This document shows, one piece after another, positions 1 through 10,052 of a stretch of DNA of 64,000 nucleotides (positions within the stretch are counted from its first letter, which is position 1; each line of letters begins with the position of its first letter). The stretch spans positions 3,968,001-4,032,000 of the forward strand of contig OZ254086.1 in the NCBI GenBank assembly GCA_965267575.1, read 5' to 3'. The notes under the pieces were generated by a model. The model was not told the origin of the DNA. It made no database searches and was given only the letters and a program-made list of their open reading frames with translations. Origin of the DNA: Calditrichales bacterium (lineage in GTDB: Bacteria > Calditrichota > Calditrichia > Calditrichales > J004). The position numbers and the translations under genes were made by a program.

Positions 1-241
1 CTTTCATATAAACAGCATACTCTTCCTCGCCAAAGGTGCCGGGGTTGTTGATAACCAGAAAGCTGTGTACCGTGCTGTCTTTTTCTACATGGTCCATCAG
101 GTTGAACAGATGGTTGCTTTCAGAAAGATCCGTCACAACTTCAAAAGCGTTTTTCTTGATACACAAAACAACCAGCGATTCCCGACGGTAACTTCGCAGA
201 TCTTCATCTTCGAAGTTGTAATCAAATACCTTGCGAGCCAT
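1..241 (-). CDS. Partial CDS (N-terminal 80 aa, runs off the left edge), possibly crotonase/enoyl-CoA hydratase-like
   Basis: Not in the ORF track. Hand translation from ATG at 241 gives MARKVFDYNFEDEDLRSYRRESLVVLCIKKNAFEVVTDLSESNHLFNLMDHVEKDSTVHSFLVINNPGTFGEEEYAVYMK, open to the edge. GGAGGGG SD lies just upstream, right after the comM stop. The family guess is weak. Confidence 0.7.
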   Translation of the reverse strand, partial: MARKVFDYNFEDEDLRSYRRESLVVLCIKKNAFEVVTDLSESNHLFNLMDHVEKDSTVHSFLVINNPGTFGEEEYAVYMK

Positions 242-253
242 TTCCCCTCCTGC

Positions 254-1795
254 TTAATTCCAGATATCGCGGTCCAGCGTACGATACTGGATCGCTTCAC
301 TGATGTGGTTTGCCTCAATCTTTTCACTGGTTTCCAGGTCGGCGATCGTACGCGCCACCTTGAGAATTCGATCGTAAGCGCGGGCAGAAAGCCCCAGTTT
401 TTCGATGGCATTTTTCAGCAACGCCCTGCTCTCCTCACCAATCGGGCAATAACGGCGTACATCAGCCGGCGGCATATCGGCATTGCAAAACATCTCTCTT
501 TCGTTTTCAAAGCGCTTTAGCTGTACCTGGCGCGCTTCCTCCACACGCTGACGTATCAAAGCGGAAGCCTCGCCCCGGCGCTCCGACGACAACTCTTTGA
601 ATTTAATCGCCGGCACCTCAATATGGATATCGATGCGGTCCAGCAGCGGACCGGAGACCTTTGCCAGATAGCGCTGTATCTGCGGCGGCGGACAGGTACA
701 GGATTTATTCGGATCACCGTAATAGCCGCAGGGACAGGGATTCATAGCGGCGACCAGCATAAAATTAGCGGGATAGGTCAACGACAAGGCCGCACGGGAA
801 ATGGTGACCTGGCTGTCTTCCATAGGCTGGCGCATAACCTCCAGCACGTTTTTCTTGAACTCCGGCAATTCATCCAGAAACAACACGCCGTGGTGGGCAA
901 GACTTACCTCCCCCGGCCGCGGGTATTTTCCACCGCCAACAAGCGCGGCATCGCTGATTGTATGGTGCGGCGAACGGAAAGGCCGCACCGAAACGAGTCC
1001 GTTTTCCGACGAAAGCACGCCGGCCACGGAGTGGATCTTGGTGGTTTGTATGGCTTCGGCAAGAGAGAGCGGCGGCAGAATGGTCGGAAAACGTCGCGCC
1101 AGCATGGTCTTGCCCGATCCCGGGGGACCGATCATAAGAATATTGTGGCCACCGGCAGCAGCTACTTCGAGCGCCCTCTTCACATGCTCCTGCCCTTTTA
1201 CATCGGCAAAATCGAAACGCTGCTCCAGACCTTTGCGAAACATCTCGAAAACATCACTGCTCCGGGGCTCAATCTCAACATGGCCGTTCAGGAAGCCGAT
1301 CACATCGGTCAGGTGACCTGCCGGGATAACCTGTAATTCCGGGCTGCCCATGGCCGCCTCCCCGGCGTTCTCTTCCGGCAAAATTATGCCCTTGTAGCCC
1401 TTTTCCGCCGCGGAAATGGCGATGGAAAGACAGCCATGCACCGGCCGCAATGTTCCGTCCAGTGCCAGCTCCCCCAAAATGAGATAATCCAGCAATGGCG
1501 CGGCATCCACATCACCCTGGGCGCACAAAATCCCTACGGCTATCGGCAGATCGTAGGATGATCCTTCCTTTTTTACATCGGCGGGCGCCAGGTTTATGGT
1601 AATGCGTCTCTGATGTACAAATTTGTAGCCGGAATTTTTTATGGCGGAAATAACACGTTCACGGCTTTCGCGCACAGCGTTGTCGGGTAAACCCACAATC
1701 CCGAAATAGGGCACGTTGCCTTCCATGTGCGTTTCCACTTCAACCAGATAGGCGTCTATTCCGAGCAGCGCGGCGCTGAACACTTTGGAGATCAT
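254..1795 (-). CDS. comM: YifB/ComM Mg-chelatase-like AAA+ ATPase
   Basis: [24 protein letters not shown], Walker [45 protein letters not shown] and ARTIADL motifs. Confidence 0.95.
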   Translation of the reverse strand: MISKVFSAALLGIDAYLVEVETHMEGNVPYFGIVGLPDNAVRESRERVISAIKNSGYKFVHQRRITINLAPADVKKEGSSYDLPIAVGILCAQGDVDAAPLLDYLILGELALDGTLRPVHGCLSIAISAAEKGYKGIILPEENAGEAAMGSPELQVIPAGHLTDVIGFLNGHVEIEPRSSDVFEMFRKGLEQRFDFADVKGQEHVKRALEVAAAGGHNILMIGPPGSGKTMLARRFPTILPPLSLAEAIQTTKIHSVAGVLSSENGLVSVRPFRSPHHTISDAALVGGGKYPRPGEVSLAHHGVLFLDELPEFKKNVLEVMRQPMEDSQVTISRAALSLTYPANFMLVAAMNPCPCGYYGDPNKSCTCPPPQIQRYLAKVSGPLLDRIDIHIEVPAIKFKELSSERRGEASALIRQRVEEARQVQLKRFENEREMFCNADMPPADVRRYCPIGEESRALLKNAIEKLGLSARAYDRILKVARTIADLETSEKIEANHISEAIQYRTLDRDIWN

Positions 1796-1801
1796 AGGCT
1801 T

Positions 1802-2707
1802 TTACAGCAGGTCGTTAAGGGCTTTGTCAACCGTCTCATATTTAAATCGATAGCCTGACTTTTGCAAGACAGCGGGGATGATTTTTTCACCGTTTACCAC
1901 TTCCGAAGACAATTCTCCCAGGATAATTTTCAATACAAAAGTCGGCACACGGAAGAAAGAGGGCCGGTTCAGCGCGCGGCCCAGAGCATCGGCAAACTCG
2001 TTCATCGTAACGGGATTGGGCGCGCACAGATTGACCGGACCGGAGATTTTCTTTTCAAGCAAAAAAGCGATTGCGTCTACCATGTCCTGCATGTGTATCC
2101 AGGAAAGGCCTTGCTTGCCTGTGCCCAGCGGCCCGCCCACAAACAGGCGAAAAGGCAGCAAGAATTTTTGCAGCATACCGCCATCGGGATGTAAAACCGG
2201 AGCCGTACGCAGCAGCACGCGGCGCACACCCAGCTCTTCAATGCCTGCACCGGCCGCTTCCCAGTCTTTGCAAAGGCGGGCCACAAAATGATCGCCGTGT
2301 TCGCCGCTTTCATCCACCGGGTTGGGCTGGCCCAGCCGGTAGATGCCGATGGCCGAAGCCTGAATGTAAGTTGTGGGTTTGCTTTTGGCACTGCGGAATG
2401 CATTGAGCATAATGCGCGCGGGAAACACGCGGCTGTCCAGCAGCTCTTTCTTACGCTTGTCTGTCCAGCGCTTGTCGGCAATCCCCTCACCGATCAGATT
2501 GATGACAGCGTCGCATTTTTCAATATCATCCTGCCAGTCAGAGCGATCGTCTCCGTTCCAGCGCTTGCAGGTAACTTGCGCGCCAAGCTGCTTTTGGGCA
2601 CGCTGCGGGTTGCGGCTCAATGCGATCACACTATGGCCTTTTTCCACCAGATGCTGAACGAGGTGCTGACCTATAAAGCCGGTAGCACCGGCACATAAAA
2701 TCGTCAT
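1802..2707 (-). CDS. TIGR01777/YfcH-family NAD-dependent epimerase-like oxidoreductase
   Basis: GATGFIG Rossmann motif at the N-terminus, VINLIGEGI..RWT, GGPLGTGKQGLSWIH, GPVNLCAP. Start trimmed to MTILCAG at 2707. Confidence 0.9.
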   Translation of the reverse strand: MTILCAGATGFIGQHLVQHLVEKGHSVIALSRNPQRAQKQLGAQVTCKRWNGDDRSDWQDDIEKCDAVINLIGEGIADKRWTDKRKKELLDSRVFPARIMLNAFRSAKSKPTTYIQASAIGIYRLGQPNPVDESGEHGDHFVARLCKDWEAAGAGIEELGVRRVLLRTAPVLHPDGGMLQKFLLPFRLFVGGPLGTGKQGLSWIHMQDMVDAIAFLLEKKISGPVNLCAPNPVTMNEFADALGRALNRPSFFRVPTFVLKIILGELSSEVVNGEKIIPAVLQKSGYRFKYETVDKALNDLL

Positions 2708-2724
2708 ATCAACCTTTCTTAGCC

Positions 2725-4821
2725 CTAAATCAGATCGTTGCGTTTGCGCAGCCACCATTCAGCGGCAATCACGACAATTATCAACAAAAGCAGCAAAGGC
2801 TTTGTTCGCCATACATAATCGCGGTCCTGCCGGATGCGTTGCGGCTCGCTGTTAATATAACCATCAAGGCGGTCAATTTTTTCCAGCGGCACATAGGCAC
2901 CACCGCTCTCACGGGCCATCTGCTTTAACATCAATGAATCGCGCTCCGTGCGCACAAACTCTTTTTGGTACGGCAGCACGTCTACCGTTTTCTGATCGCG
3001 GCCTACCTGCCGGCCGTTGATAACGCCCGTGGCCTGCAAACTGTAGCGTCCTTCCGCGGCCGGCACAAAGCTGCCTTTGAAAACACCGGCGCTGTCGGCA
3101 TTAAGCGGCAGGGAAAACGTACGTTCGCCGGCAGACACTTCCACCATCACCGTGCCGTTTTGGGCCGGATTGTTGCTTCCGTCGAACAGGTAGGCGCTTA
3201 CAGCGACGGGACGCCCCAGCGTAACCGTGGCCGCGTCGGTTTGCAGCATGACCGGTTGAAAAGGCTGCTTTTGCCCCAGGCGTTTCACCAGGTTTTGCAG
3301 CAATCGTTTGTAACCGTCGCTAATCTCGCCGCTGCCGGCCAGAGAAAAATGCCAGCGCCAGAAGCCCTGCCCGTTGAACAACCAAACCTTGCGCGGCTCT
3401 TTGGAGAGACGGCTCAGCACGCTGCGCTCGGGCATGCCCGTGGCGGAAGCCGTTAGCCAGATTTCTTCATTGCTCACATTCCAGTATTGCTTAACCGGCG
3501 GTATGGCGCGCCAGAATGCGTTTTGCTGCGCCGCTTCTTCAAAAAGCAGCAACAACGGGTCATCCACGTCCGGCTCGTTCGCATCCAGGTCCAGCGCCAC
3601 GTTTGCACGTGTAAATGAGCTGCCGCTTGCGCCGCGTAAAAGACGTTCCAACGCGGACACATCCATGCGCGCCCCGGCGAAAATTATAACACCCTGCCCC
3701 TGGCGCTGAATGGATGCAGCCAGTGATGTAATCGTTGAACTGTTCGTTCCCTGTGAGGGCCAGTCGACTAGGATAACAACGTCCAGGCTGTCAAAAGGCA
3801 CATTCCCCTGTTGCCGCACGCTGTTTACGTAGGACCAGGTTTCGATATTGGGCGAATCACTCAGCAGCAATTGAGAAAACTTATGCTCGTAATTCGGCGC
3901 AGCTGTAAACATGCCTGCCCTGATTTTTGATTTGAGAACGCTTTGAACAAAAGTATAGCGATTATTGCTCACGTTGGCATCGCTGCCGGCCTCGGTAATT
4001 GCCACCGTATAGCGGATTGTGCCGGTTTGCGACGGTGTATAAGGCAGCTCAATTTCAGTTTCGCTGCCGCCGGCGGGGGCATCAAACGAGCGGCTGGCCA
4101 GGATACGATCGCCCTGTAACAAAACAAGACGCGCTTTTTGTGTTTGCCCGCCTCGGCCGCCCACGCGCACACGCAGGTTTTCTTCCTGGCCGCGATATGC
4201 CTTGGCCGGATAAAGCACGTCGGCAACAAAAAGATCATTACCGCCGCTCCGCGCGCCCACACCGATACTAATAATCTCTGTGGTCGCCGGCATTTCCACC
4301 AACGGCCCGCTGCTGCGGATACCGTCGCTGATCAAAAGCGCCTGGTCAAAGGCGTTGTTTTCAAGAAATGATCGCAGTATGCTGAAGTCGGTACCGCCCT
4401 CAAACGCCGGCAGTGTATCCGTTGTCAGCGCCGTCACTTCCGTGTTAAAGGTATAAGCGGAAATCTCAGCCGTTTTACCAGACAGGCGATCGCGAACTGC
4501 TGTAAAGGCTTTGGACGTGCTGTCGGCGCGATTTTCCCTTTCACTTTGCAATCCCATGGAACCGGAAGCATCCACGATAAGTGCTACTCTTGGCGCCCGC
4601 TCCAGCAAAAATGAGAACAGCACCTGCGGATCGAGCAACAACAAAATGATCAGGAACAATGCCAGCCCGCGCAGAAAAGTGAGCAGCGAGCGGTTGCCCG
4701 CCTGTATATGCCGGGCCGTCTTTTTGTACAACCAGTAAGTAACGGCAAATGAGATCGCGGCAATAAGGACAACAGCAATAAAAGGTATGTTAAAACGAAT
4801 GATATCGGGCAGAAAATTCAT
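2725..4821 (-). CDS. Membrane-anchored vWA-domain protein with Ig-like domains
   Basis: Two N-terminal TM helices, MIDAS motif DASGSM...GGTD...LISDG, beta-rich repeats, LKQMARESGGAY, and a C-terminal TM ending AEWWLRKR. Confidence 0.8.
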   Translation of the reverse strand: MNFLPDIIRFNIPFIAVVLIAAISFAVTYWLYKKTARHIQAGNRSLLTFLRGLALFLIILLLLDPQVLFSFLLERAPRVALIVDASGSMGLQSERENRADSTSKAFTAVRDRLSGKTAEISAYTFNTEVTALTTDTLPAFEGGTDFSILRSFLENNAFDQALLISDGIRSSGPLVEMPATTEIISIGVGARSGGNDLFVADVLYPAKAYRGQEENLRVRVGGRGGQTQKARLVLLQGDRILASRSFDAPAGGSETEIELPYTPSQTGTIRYTVAITEAGSDANVSNNRYTFVQSVLKSKIRAGMFTAAPNYEHKFSQLLLSDSPNIETWSYVNSVRQQGNVPFDSLDVVILVDWPSQGTNSSTITSLAASIQRQGQGVIIFAGARMDVSALERLLRGASGSSFTRANVALDLDANEPDVDDPLLLLFEEAAQQNAFWRAIPPVKQYWNVSNEEIWLTASATGMPERSVLSRLSKEPRKVWLFNGQGFWRWHFSLAGSGEISDGYKRLLQNLVKRLGQKQPFQPVMLQTDAATVTLGRPVAVSAYLFDGSNNPAQNGTVMVEVSAGERTFSLPLNADSAGVFKGSFVPAAEGRYSLQATGVINGRQVGRDQKTVDVLPYQKEFVRTERDSLMLKQMARESGGAYVPLEKIDRLDGYINSEPQRIRQDRDYVWRTKPLLLLLIIVVIAAEWWLRKRNDLI

Positions 4822-4824
4822 AGA

Positions 4825-5832
4825 TCAATCCAGCGACTTTAGCGCCAGGCTGGGATAGGCGTTTAGTTCCTGCGTGGCGTAGAGACCGCGTTCCAGGTAT
4901 TCGGCGCCGGCCCTGGCGATCATGGCGGCATTATCGGTACAGTACTGGAACTCCGGTTGATAGTAATCCACACCGTTTTCACTGCAGGCTTCAGACAGTT
5001 TTTGGCGCAGCAGGGAGTTTGCTGCAACGCCGCCGGCAACCGCTACGGCCTGTACACCATATTGCCGGGCCGCACGCAGGCTCTTCTGCACAAGCACATC
5101 AACGGCCGCCCACTGGAACGATGCACAGATATTGGCAAGATTCTTTTTTACAAAGGGCGCGTCATGTTTTTGCAGATAGGTCAGCACCGCTGTTTTTAGT
5201 CCGCTGTAGCTGAAATCGTAGTGCTCTTCATTTAAAAAAGCACGGGGGAATTTTATAAACTCCGGATCGCCCTCTTTGGCCATTTTGTCGATAACCGGCC
5301 CGCCGGGATAGCCCAGCCCCAGGATTTTGGCCGTTTTATCAAAAGCCTCGCCAACGGCATCATCGCGCGTGGTGCCCAGAATCTCATATTGCAAATGCTG
5401 CTTCATCAAAACGATCTGCGTATGCCCGCCTGAAACGATCAAAAAAAGAATGGGGAATTTAAACTCTTGCTGCGATAAAAGATTACCGTAAATATGCCCT
5501 TCCATGTGGTTAACCCCCACAAAAGGCTTATGGGTGGATAGAGACAATCCCTTAATAAAATTGAGTCCCACAAGCAGCGCGCCTACCAGCCCAGGACCAT
5601 GGGTGACGGCAAACCCGTCCATGTCATCCAGCTTTTTGCCGGCACGTTCAAGCGCTTCGTTTATAACTGGTATAATCATGCGCACATGAGCGCGCGAAGC
5701 GAGTTCCGGCACAACGCCGCCAAATTTGCTGTGCACCAGCTGCGACGATATGACGTTGGAGAGCGCCCTTTTCCCCTCCAGCACTGCGGCCGATGTTTCA
5801 TCACATGAAGTTTCAATACCAAGAATGGTCAC
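4825..5832 (-). CDS. tsaD: tRNA N6-adenosine threonylcarbamoyltransferase TsaD
   Basis: ILGIETSCDET, GGVVPELASRAH, NHMEGH, VSGGHT, DDAVGEAFDK, GGVAAN, CTDNAAMI. Confidence 0.97.
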   Translation of the reverse strand: MTILGIETSCDETSAAVLEGKRALSNVISSQLVHSKFGGVVPELASRAHVRMIIPVINEALERAGKKLDDMDGFAVTHGPGLVGALLVGLNFIKGLSLSTHKPFVGVNHMEGHIYGNLLSQQEFKFPILFLIVSGGHTQIVLMKQHLQYEILGTTRDDAVGEAFDKTAKILGLGYPGGPVIDKMAKEGDPEFIKFPRAFLNEEHYDFSYSGLKTAVLTYLQKHDAPFVKKNLANICASFQWAAVDVLVQKSLRAARQYGVQAVAVAGGVAANSLLRQKLSEACSENGVDYYQPEFQYCTDNAAMIARAGAEYLERGLYATQELNAYPSLALKSLD

Positions 5833-6779
5833 GTCTGGTTCTCCTTGCGGATAAGCTTAAGACTGAATTTTTCCGGGCTTGCTTCCAGCCAGGTGATATT
5901 GTCCGGCGTATCGATTTGCATCAGGTATTCCGATTCGCCGCGGCTATAGCTGGTGGCAAAATCAAATATCACGCTGATCTCGTCACGATCTAACGCGGCC
6001 ACACGGCTTTCAGCGCCTTTTACACGCAGCGAGATCGTTTCCGGCGTGGGACGGGCGTTAAGGCCCTGCGGCACATTGATAATACGGATCGGGATATTAT
6101 AGACTGTACGCTCCACAATTTGTTCAATCACAAAAGAAGCAGCAATCTGCTGCGGTTCGATTGTGATAACTTCGGGATAGGGATTCTTCAGATCGGCGTT
6201 GACATCAAACGGGTATCGCACATCCTTGCGGCTGATTTTTTGCGTTTCAACATAAGCCATCGTGTCAATCATCGATTGCGGCCCGGTAACCGTCGCCGAA
6301 TCAAGCTCCGCACTGCTTTCCACCAGCAAGAAACCCGCTTCCGGGGAAATGTCTGCATCCACGCGTAGCGGCAGTTGCAGGCTTACCAGCCTGTCCACCT
6401 GCAGATTCAGACGTGTCGGTTCAATGATATCACGCACCACTATTCCCTTATCGCTGCCAAATTGAAGCCTGTCCACATAATCGGCCATTTCGATCGTTGC
6501 GCTGGATTCAACCTCGGGCAGTTGCAGTTCCGTATCGCTGTGAAAAAAAGAAAACCAGAGCAGCGCGCTGCCGGTGCCGCTCACCCTTATTTTGGCGTTT
6601 TCCGGTGGTTTGTTTTTCAGCACAAGGCCCGGGGCCAGGCGTGTTATTTTGAGCGGAATCTGCAATGTATGCGTGTATTCCTTATCAAGCGCTACCACAA
6701 ACCACAAACCAAGGGAGAGCATAAAACACAAAGCTAACGAGCGGTAGTTTTTCTTGAACCAGGCGATCAGTTTTTCCAT
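5829..6779 (-). CDS. YbbR-like/CdaR-family membrane-anchored protein
   Basis: N-terminal TM ending LWFVV, then three beta-rich repeats (IRVSG, ATVTGPQSMID, ISLRVKG) typical of YbbR domains. Confidence 0.8.
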   Translation of the reverse strand: MEKLIAWFKKNYRSLALCFMLSLGLWFVVALDKEYTHTLQIPLKITRLAPGLVLKNKPPENAKIRVSGTGSALLWFSFFHSDTELQLPEVESSATIEMADYVDRLQFGSDKGIVVRDIIEPTRLNLQVDRLVSLQLPLRVDADISPEAGFLLVESSAELDSATVTGPQSMIDTMAYVETQKISRKDVRYPFDVNADLKNPYPEVITIEPQQIAASFVIEQIVERTVYNIPIRIINVPQGLNARPTPETISLRVKGAESRVAALDRDEISVIFDFATSYSRGESEYLMQIDTPDNITWLEASPEKFSLKLIRKENQT

Positions 6780-6782
6780 TAA

Positions 6783-7574
6783 TCAGCCGAGCTTAATCAG
6801 GATTTTATCTTTATTTTTGTCAAAAGAAAGGAGCGCTGCGGCACTGCCCCGGTTGGCGGCCACCTCCAGAAATCCCCTGCTGTTCCAGAGCGCCATCAAT
6901 TCGCCGGGCTGCTTTTCACTGTAATAATCATTCACCTCGGAAGTGTTAAAGCCTTTCGTTTTTACATACTCCACGCGTTTTTTCTTTAAACGCTCCAGGT
7001 CTCGCTGGGCAAAACCCGAAATAATATTACCAAAACGGTCAATCGTGATAACGTCCACTTCCAGCTCGCTGCCGGCTTTGCGGAAATAGGGTCTTGGTAT
7101 TTCCGTTCTTTCATCCAGCTTAATGCCCAGACGCTCGCAGGGCACGCCATTGGCGAGACGCGCCGCCACCGGGGCAAACAGATCACGGGCATGGAACGTA
7201 TGGCTCACCTGCGCCGCGCCCAGCTTTGACGGATCTATCTCATAAGAGGTGTAGGCTTCCTGGCTGTAAATAAAATGAAAAATGCCATTATCCGGACCCA
7301 CATAAAAATGCCGCGCTGTCTTGATAATGGCCGCACGGCGGGGACTGCCCACGCCCGGATCGACCACGGCCAAATGAACGGTGCCGCGCGGAAAATTGTC
7401 ATAATAGTTGTTCAAAGTAAAAGCGGCTTCCCCGATATCATAGGTAACTATGTCATGACTTATATCGATGATCTCCGCGTCGGGCGCGATGCTTTTAATA
7501 ACGCCCTTAACACTTCCTACATATCCGTCGCGTGTTCCAAAATCGGTAAGCAAAGTGATAATTTTTGGGGTCAT
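6783..7574 (-). CDS. DUF62 S-adenosylmethionine hydrolase (SAM hydroxide adenosyltransferase)
   Basis: IITLLTDFG, VVDPGVGSPRR, GPDNG, SHTFHARD, IDRFGN. The Asp-Arg-His hydrolase triad is present. Confidence 0.9.
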   Translation of the reverse strand: MTPKIITLLTDFGTRDGYVGSVKGVIKSIAPDAEIIDISHDIVTYDIGEAAFTLNNYYDNFPRGTVHLAVVDPGVGSPRRAAIIKTARHFYVGPDNGIFHFIYSQEAYTSYEIDPSKLGAAQVSHTFHARDLFAPVAARLANGVPCERLGIKLDERTEIPRPYFRKAGSELEVDVITIDRFGNIISGFAQRDLERLKKKRVEYVKTKGFNTSEVNDYYSEKQPGELMALWNSRGFLEVAANRGSAAALLSFDKNKDKILIKLG

Positions 7575-7577
7575 GAT

Positions 7578-8390
7578 CTACCTGCCTTTTTTCTGGCATT
7601 TGGGGCACAGATGCGTTCCGCGCCCGGCAAAGCGGATTTTTTCAATTGTTGTTCCGCAATCGGGACAGGGCAAGCCGGCACGGTCATATACTTTAAAAAA
7701 CAGTTGATTGCTTCCTGCCACACCGCGCGGATCACGGTAATCCGAAATGGTACTTCCCATATTGACAATGGCAAAGGACAAAACCTCGCGGATATGCTCA
7801 AAAAGTTCCACGGCCTTTTTGCTGCTTATCCTGTCAGCCGGGCGCGCCGGGTGTATTTTTGCCCGGAACAACCCTTCATCCACGTAAATATTGCCCAGTC
7901 CGGAAATATATTTCTGAGACATCAGCATAGCTTTGATATTCATCTTTGTAGAACGCAGCATCTGAAAAAACTTCTGCGCCGAAAGCGCTTCATCCAAAGC
8001 ATCAGTGCCAACGTGACCTATCACCTCGTTAAGGTCGTTTACATGATACATCCGGCCGAACTTCCGTACATCACGAAAACATAAAACCGTACCGTCCTGA
8101 AAACGCACAACAACACGAATGTAGGGGTCTTCGGGCATCTCGCCAAAAGTATCATAGCGCAGCAGCTGGCCGGTCATTCGCAGATGGACAACCAAGTATC
8201 CCCGGTCCAGTCGCAACAACAGGTATTTGGCATGACGCCCTACTCCCTTAATGCTGCGGTCTTCCAGGCTGCCGGCCGATCTCAGCTCCAGCGATCGCGG
8301 CCAAACCGCTTCCACGGTTTGAATTTTTTTGCCAGGGAGCCAGCTGCGCAGTTCCCGGGCCACAGTTTCAACTTCAGGTAATTCCGGCAT
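7578..8390 (-). CDS. mutM: Formamidopyrimidine-DNA glycosylase Fpg/MutM
   Basis: MPELPEVE N-terminus, HLRMTG, GLGNIY, C-terminal zinc finger CPDC...CPKCQ. Confidence 0.97.
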   Translation of the reverse strand: MPELPEVETVARELRSWLPGKKIQTVEAVWPRSLELRSAGSLEDRSIKGVGRHAKYLLLRLDRGYLVVHLRMTGQLLRYDTFGEMPEDPYIRVVVRFQDGTVLCFRDVRKFGRMYHVNDLNEVIGHVGTDALDEALSAQKFFQMLRSTKMNIKAMLMSQKYISGLGNIYVDEGLFRAKIHPARPADRISSKKAVELFEHIREVLSFAIVNMGSTISDYRDPRGVAGSNQLFFKVYDRAGLPCPDCGTTIEKIRFAGRGTHLCPKCQKKGR

Positions 8391-8429
8391 CTCGAATCTA
8401 CAAAGTTAACTATAATAAAAACAACACCT

Positions 8430-9431
8430 TTAAAGCGGCAGATAATCCGGCAGGCCGATATTGATAAGACGAGCGTTGTTAGCAGCCGGATAGGCCTTTC
8501 TCTCACCTTCCAGTTGCTGCAACAGGGTGTATGCCTCACCAATCTCTGTTTGCTTCTGAACCGCCAGCCGGGCCTGTATTTTGGCGTCGTTCCGGTTGTC
8601 GTGTTTCATGTAATAAACCGCGCGGAAATAATGGCGGTCTGCGTCGTTTAGAATGCCCGCAAAAGGTCCGCTCAATAACGTGTAAGCGCGTTCATCCTCA
8701 CCGTTTTTAAACAAAGCATATACCAGGAGAAGAGCGGTATTCCGGTTCATCTGCATCAGTTCCCTATATGTCTCAAGCTGCTGCTGTACGTCTTCAAAGC
8801 GCTCCTGTTCAAAATGCAGCCGTGCCGAGACGTGAAAATATTCAGCCTGCAACCGCGTATTGTTCAGCTTAGCTTCGCGCCGGTAATCATCCAGCTTGTT
8901 GGCGCAGAGGCCATATTCGCGACGCTGCAAGTAGCATTCGGCGACGGCCAGATGTAAAAAATGTTGTGCCGGTTCCAGCGTGTGCGCACGGTTAAAATAA
9001 GATATGGCGTTGTCATAGCGATACATTTTCATCAGCAGGCGTCCGGACTTGATCATCACGCGGGCATAATTGGAGCGAAGACGCAGCGCGTCGTTATAAT
9101 CCTTCAGGGCTTTTTCGGCTTTGTCCTGCTTGGCATAGACATCACCGCGCAGCTCAAAATAGCGGGCAATGCGATCATTGCGCATAATGGCGCGTTCGAC
9201 CAGCTCAAGCGCCATATCATAATTGCCATTCTCATATTCCTGGAGGGCGCGGGAATAGCTGCGCAGACCGGTGTCTTCTTCGGTGGGAACGGTTTGGGAC
9301 GGTGAACAGGCCAGTAACGGAAAAAACAGTCCCAAAGAGGTAAAAAAAATAAAGCGCTTAACCTTCTTTTTGAATGGCGCGCACTTCGCTGATAAAGCTT
9401 TTGTATTCCGGTTCTTCCGTAAAAGGCGCAT
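8430..9431 (-). CDS. TPR-repeat protein, probable lipoprotein (start uncertain)
   Basis: Hydrophobic stretch ending LLAC, followed by TPR-like helices (ALELVERAI, RGDVY, ALKDYNDAL). Confidence 0.75.
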   Translation of the reverse strand: MRLLRKNRNTKALSAKCAPFKKKVKRFIFFTSLGLFFPLLACSPSQTVPTEEDTGLRSYSRALQEYENGNYDMALELVERAIMRNDRIARYFELRGDVYAKQDKAEKALKDYNDALRLRSNYARVMIKSGRLLMKMYRYDNAISYFNRAHTLEPAQHFLHLAVAECYLQRREYGLCANKLDDYRREAKLNNTRLQAEYFHVSARLHFEQERFEDVQQQLETYRELMQMNRNTALLLVYALFKNGEDERAYTLLSGPFAGILNDADRHYFRAVYYMKHDNRNDAKIQARLAVQKQTEIGEAYTLLQQLEGERKAYPAANNARLINIGLPDYLPL

Positions 9432-9990
9432 TACGCTTAACGCTGCGTTCGCTGACATCAAGAATTTCCTGGATGATCGATGATGAATTTTCTTCGGCCC
9501 ACCCGCGAATCTTTTCTAGCAAGATGGTTTTATTGTCCCCGGTAACCGCCTGATTAATAACGCGGGCAACCACATGTGTCATCAGCTTATCGTCGCCTGC
9601 AGCATAATGTTCCAGATAATCCATAACCGATTCCAGATCATGACGGGCGGCATAATGCATCGAACTTAAAGTGAACTGGCGCAGGTTGGAATCCTCGTCG
9701 TTCAACAAGGCTTCAAAAGCCCGCTCCCAGCCGTCGCGCGGGCCATAGCGGCCAATCATTTCAGCGAGGGTGCTCTTGTCCTGAATGGCTTTGTGGTGGT
9801 CACTGCGATAATATTCGTCGATAAATGAGGGCAGCTGGTGATAGAGTTCAGGCGTTATGTCTTCGGGGGTCTCAAGGTTGAGGTGTTTGCACAAGCGAAT
9901 CAATAATTTAGAAGCCGATTGTACTTTGCCGACAGAGGGCTTTGTTTTCAGGTAGTAGTCGTGTAAACGCTGTAAGTCGGACATATCCAA
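9358..9990 (-). CDS. Hypothetical helical protein with HEAT-like repeats
   Basis: All-alpha pattern with ALLNDEDSNLRQF and HYAAGDDKLMTHVV HEAT-like motifs; has its own upstream promoter. Confidence 0.65.
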   Translation of the reverse strand: MDMSDLQRLHDYYLKTKPSVGKVQSASKLLIRLCKHLNLETPEDITPELYHQLPSFIDEYYRSDHHKAIQDKSTLAEMIGRYGPRDGWERAFEALLNDEDSNLRQFTLSSMHYAARHDLESVMDYLEHYAAGDDKLMTHVVARVINQAVTGDNKTILLEKIRGWAEENSSSIIQEILDVSERSVKRNAPFTEEPEYKSFISEVRAIQKEG

Positions 9991-10023
9991 TCCCGTAATT
10001 CCTTCAATCCGTGCAAAGCATTT

Positions 10024-10052
10024 AATATACGCTGTGGCGATATTTCATACAA
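10024..10052 (-). promoter_or_regulatory. Sigma70-type promoter TTGTAT-N17-TATATT
   Basis: Exact 17 bp spacing, upstream of the HEAT-like gene; same pattern at 15581-15609 and 25268-25296. Confidence 0.6.

Noticed and set aside
6783..7574. Fluorinase or chlorinase
   Set aside because: It retains the Asp-Arg-His triad of DUF62 SAM hydrolases and sits in a housekeeping context.
9342..9349. A8 homopolymer as a phase-variation tract
   Set aside because: Short, in frame, and explained by Ile-Phe-Phe codons; similar runs occur elsewhere.
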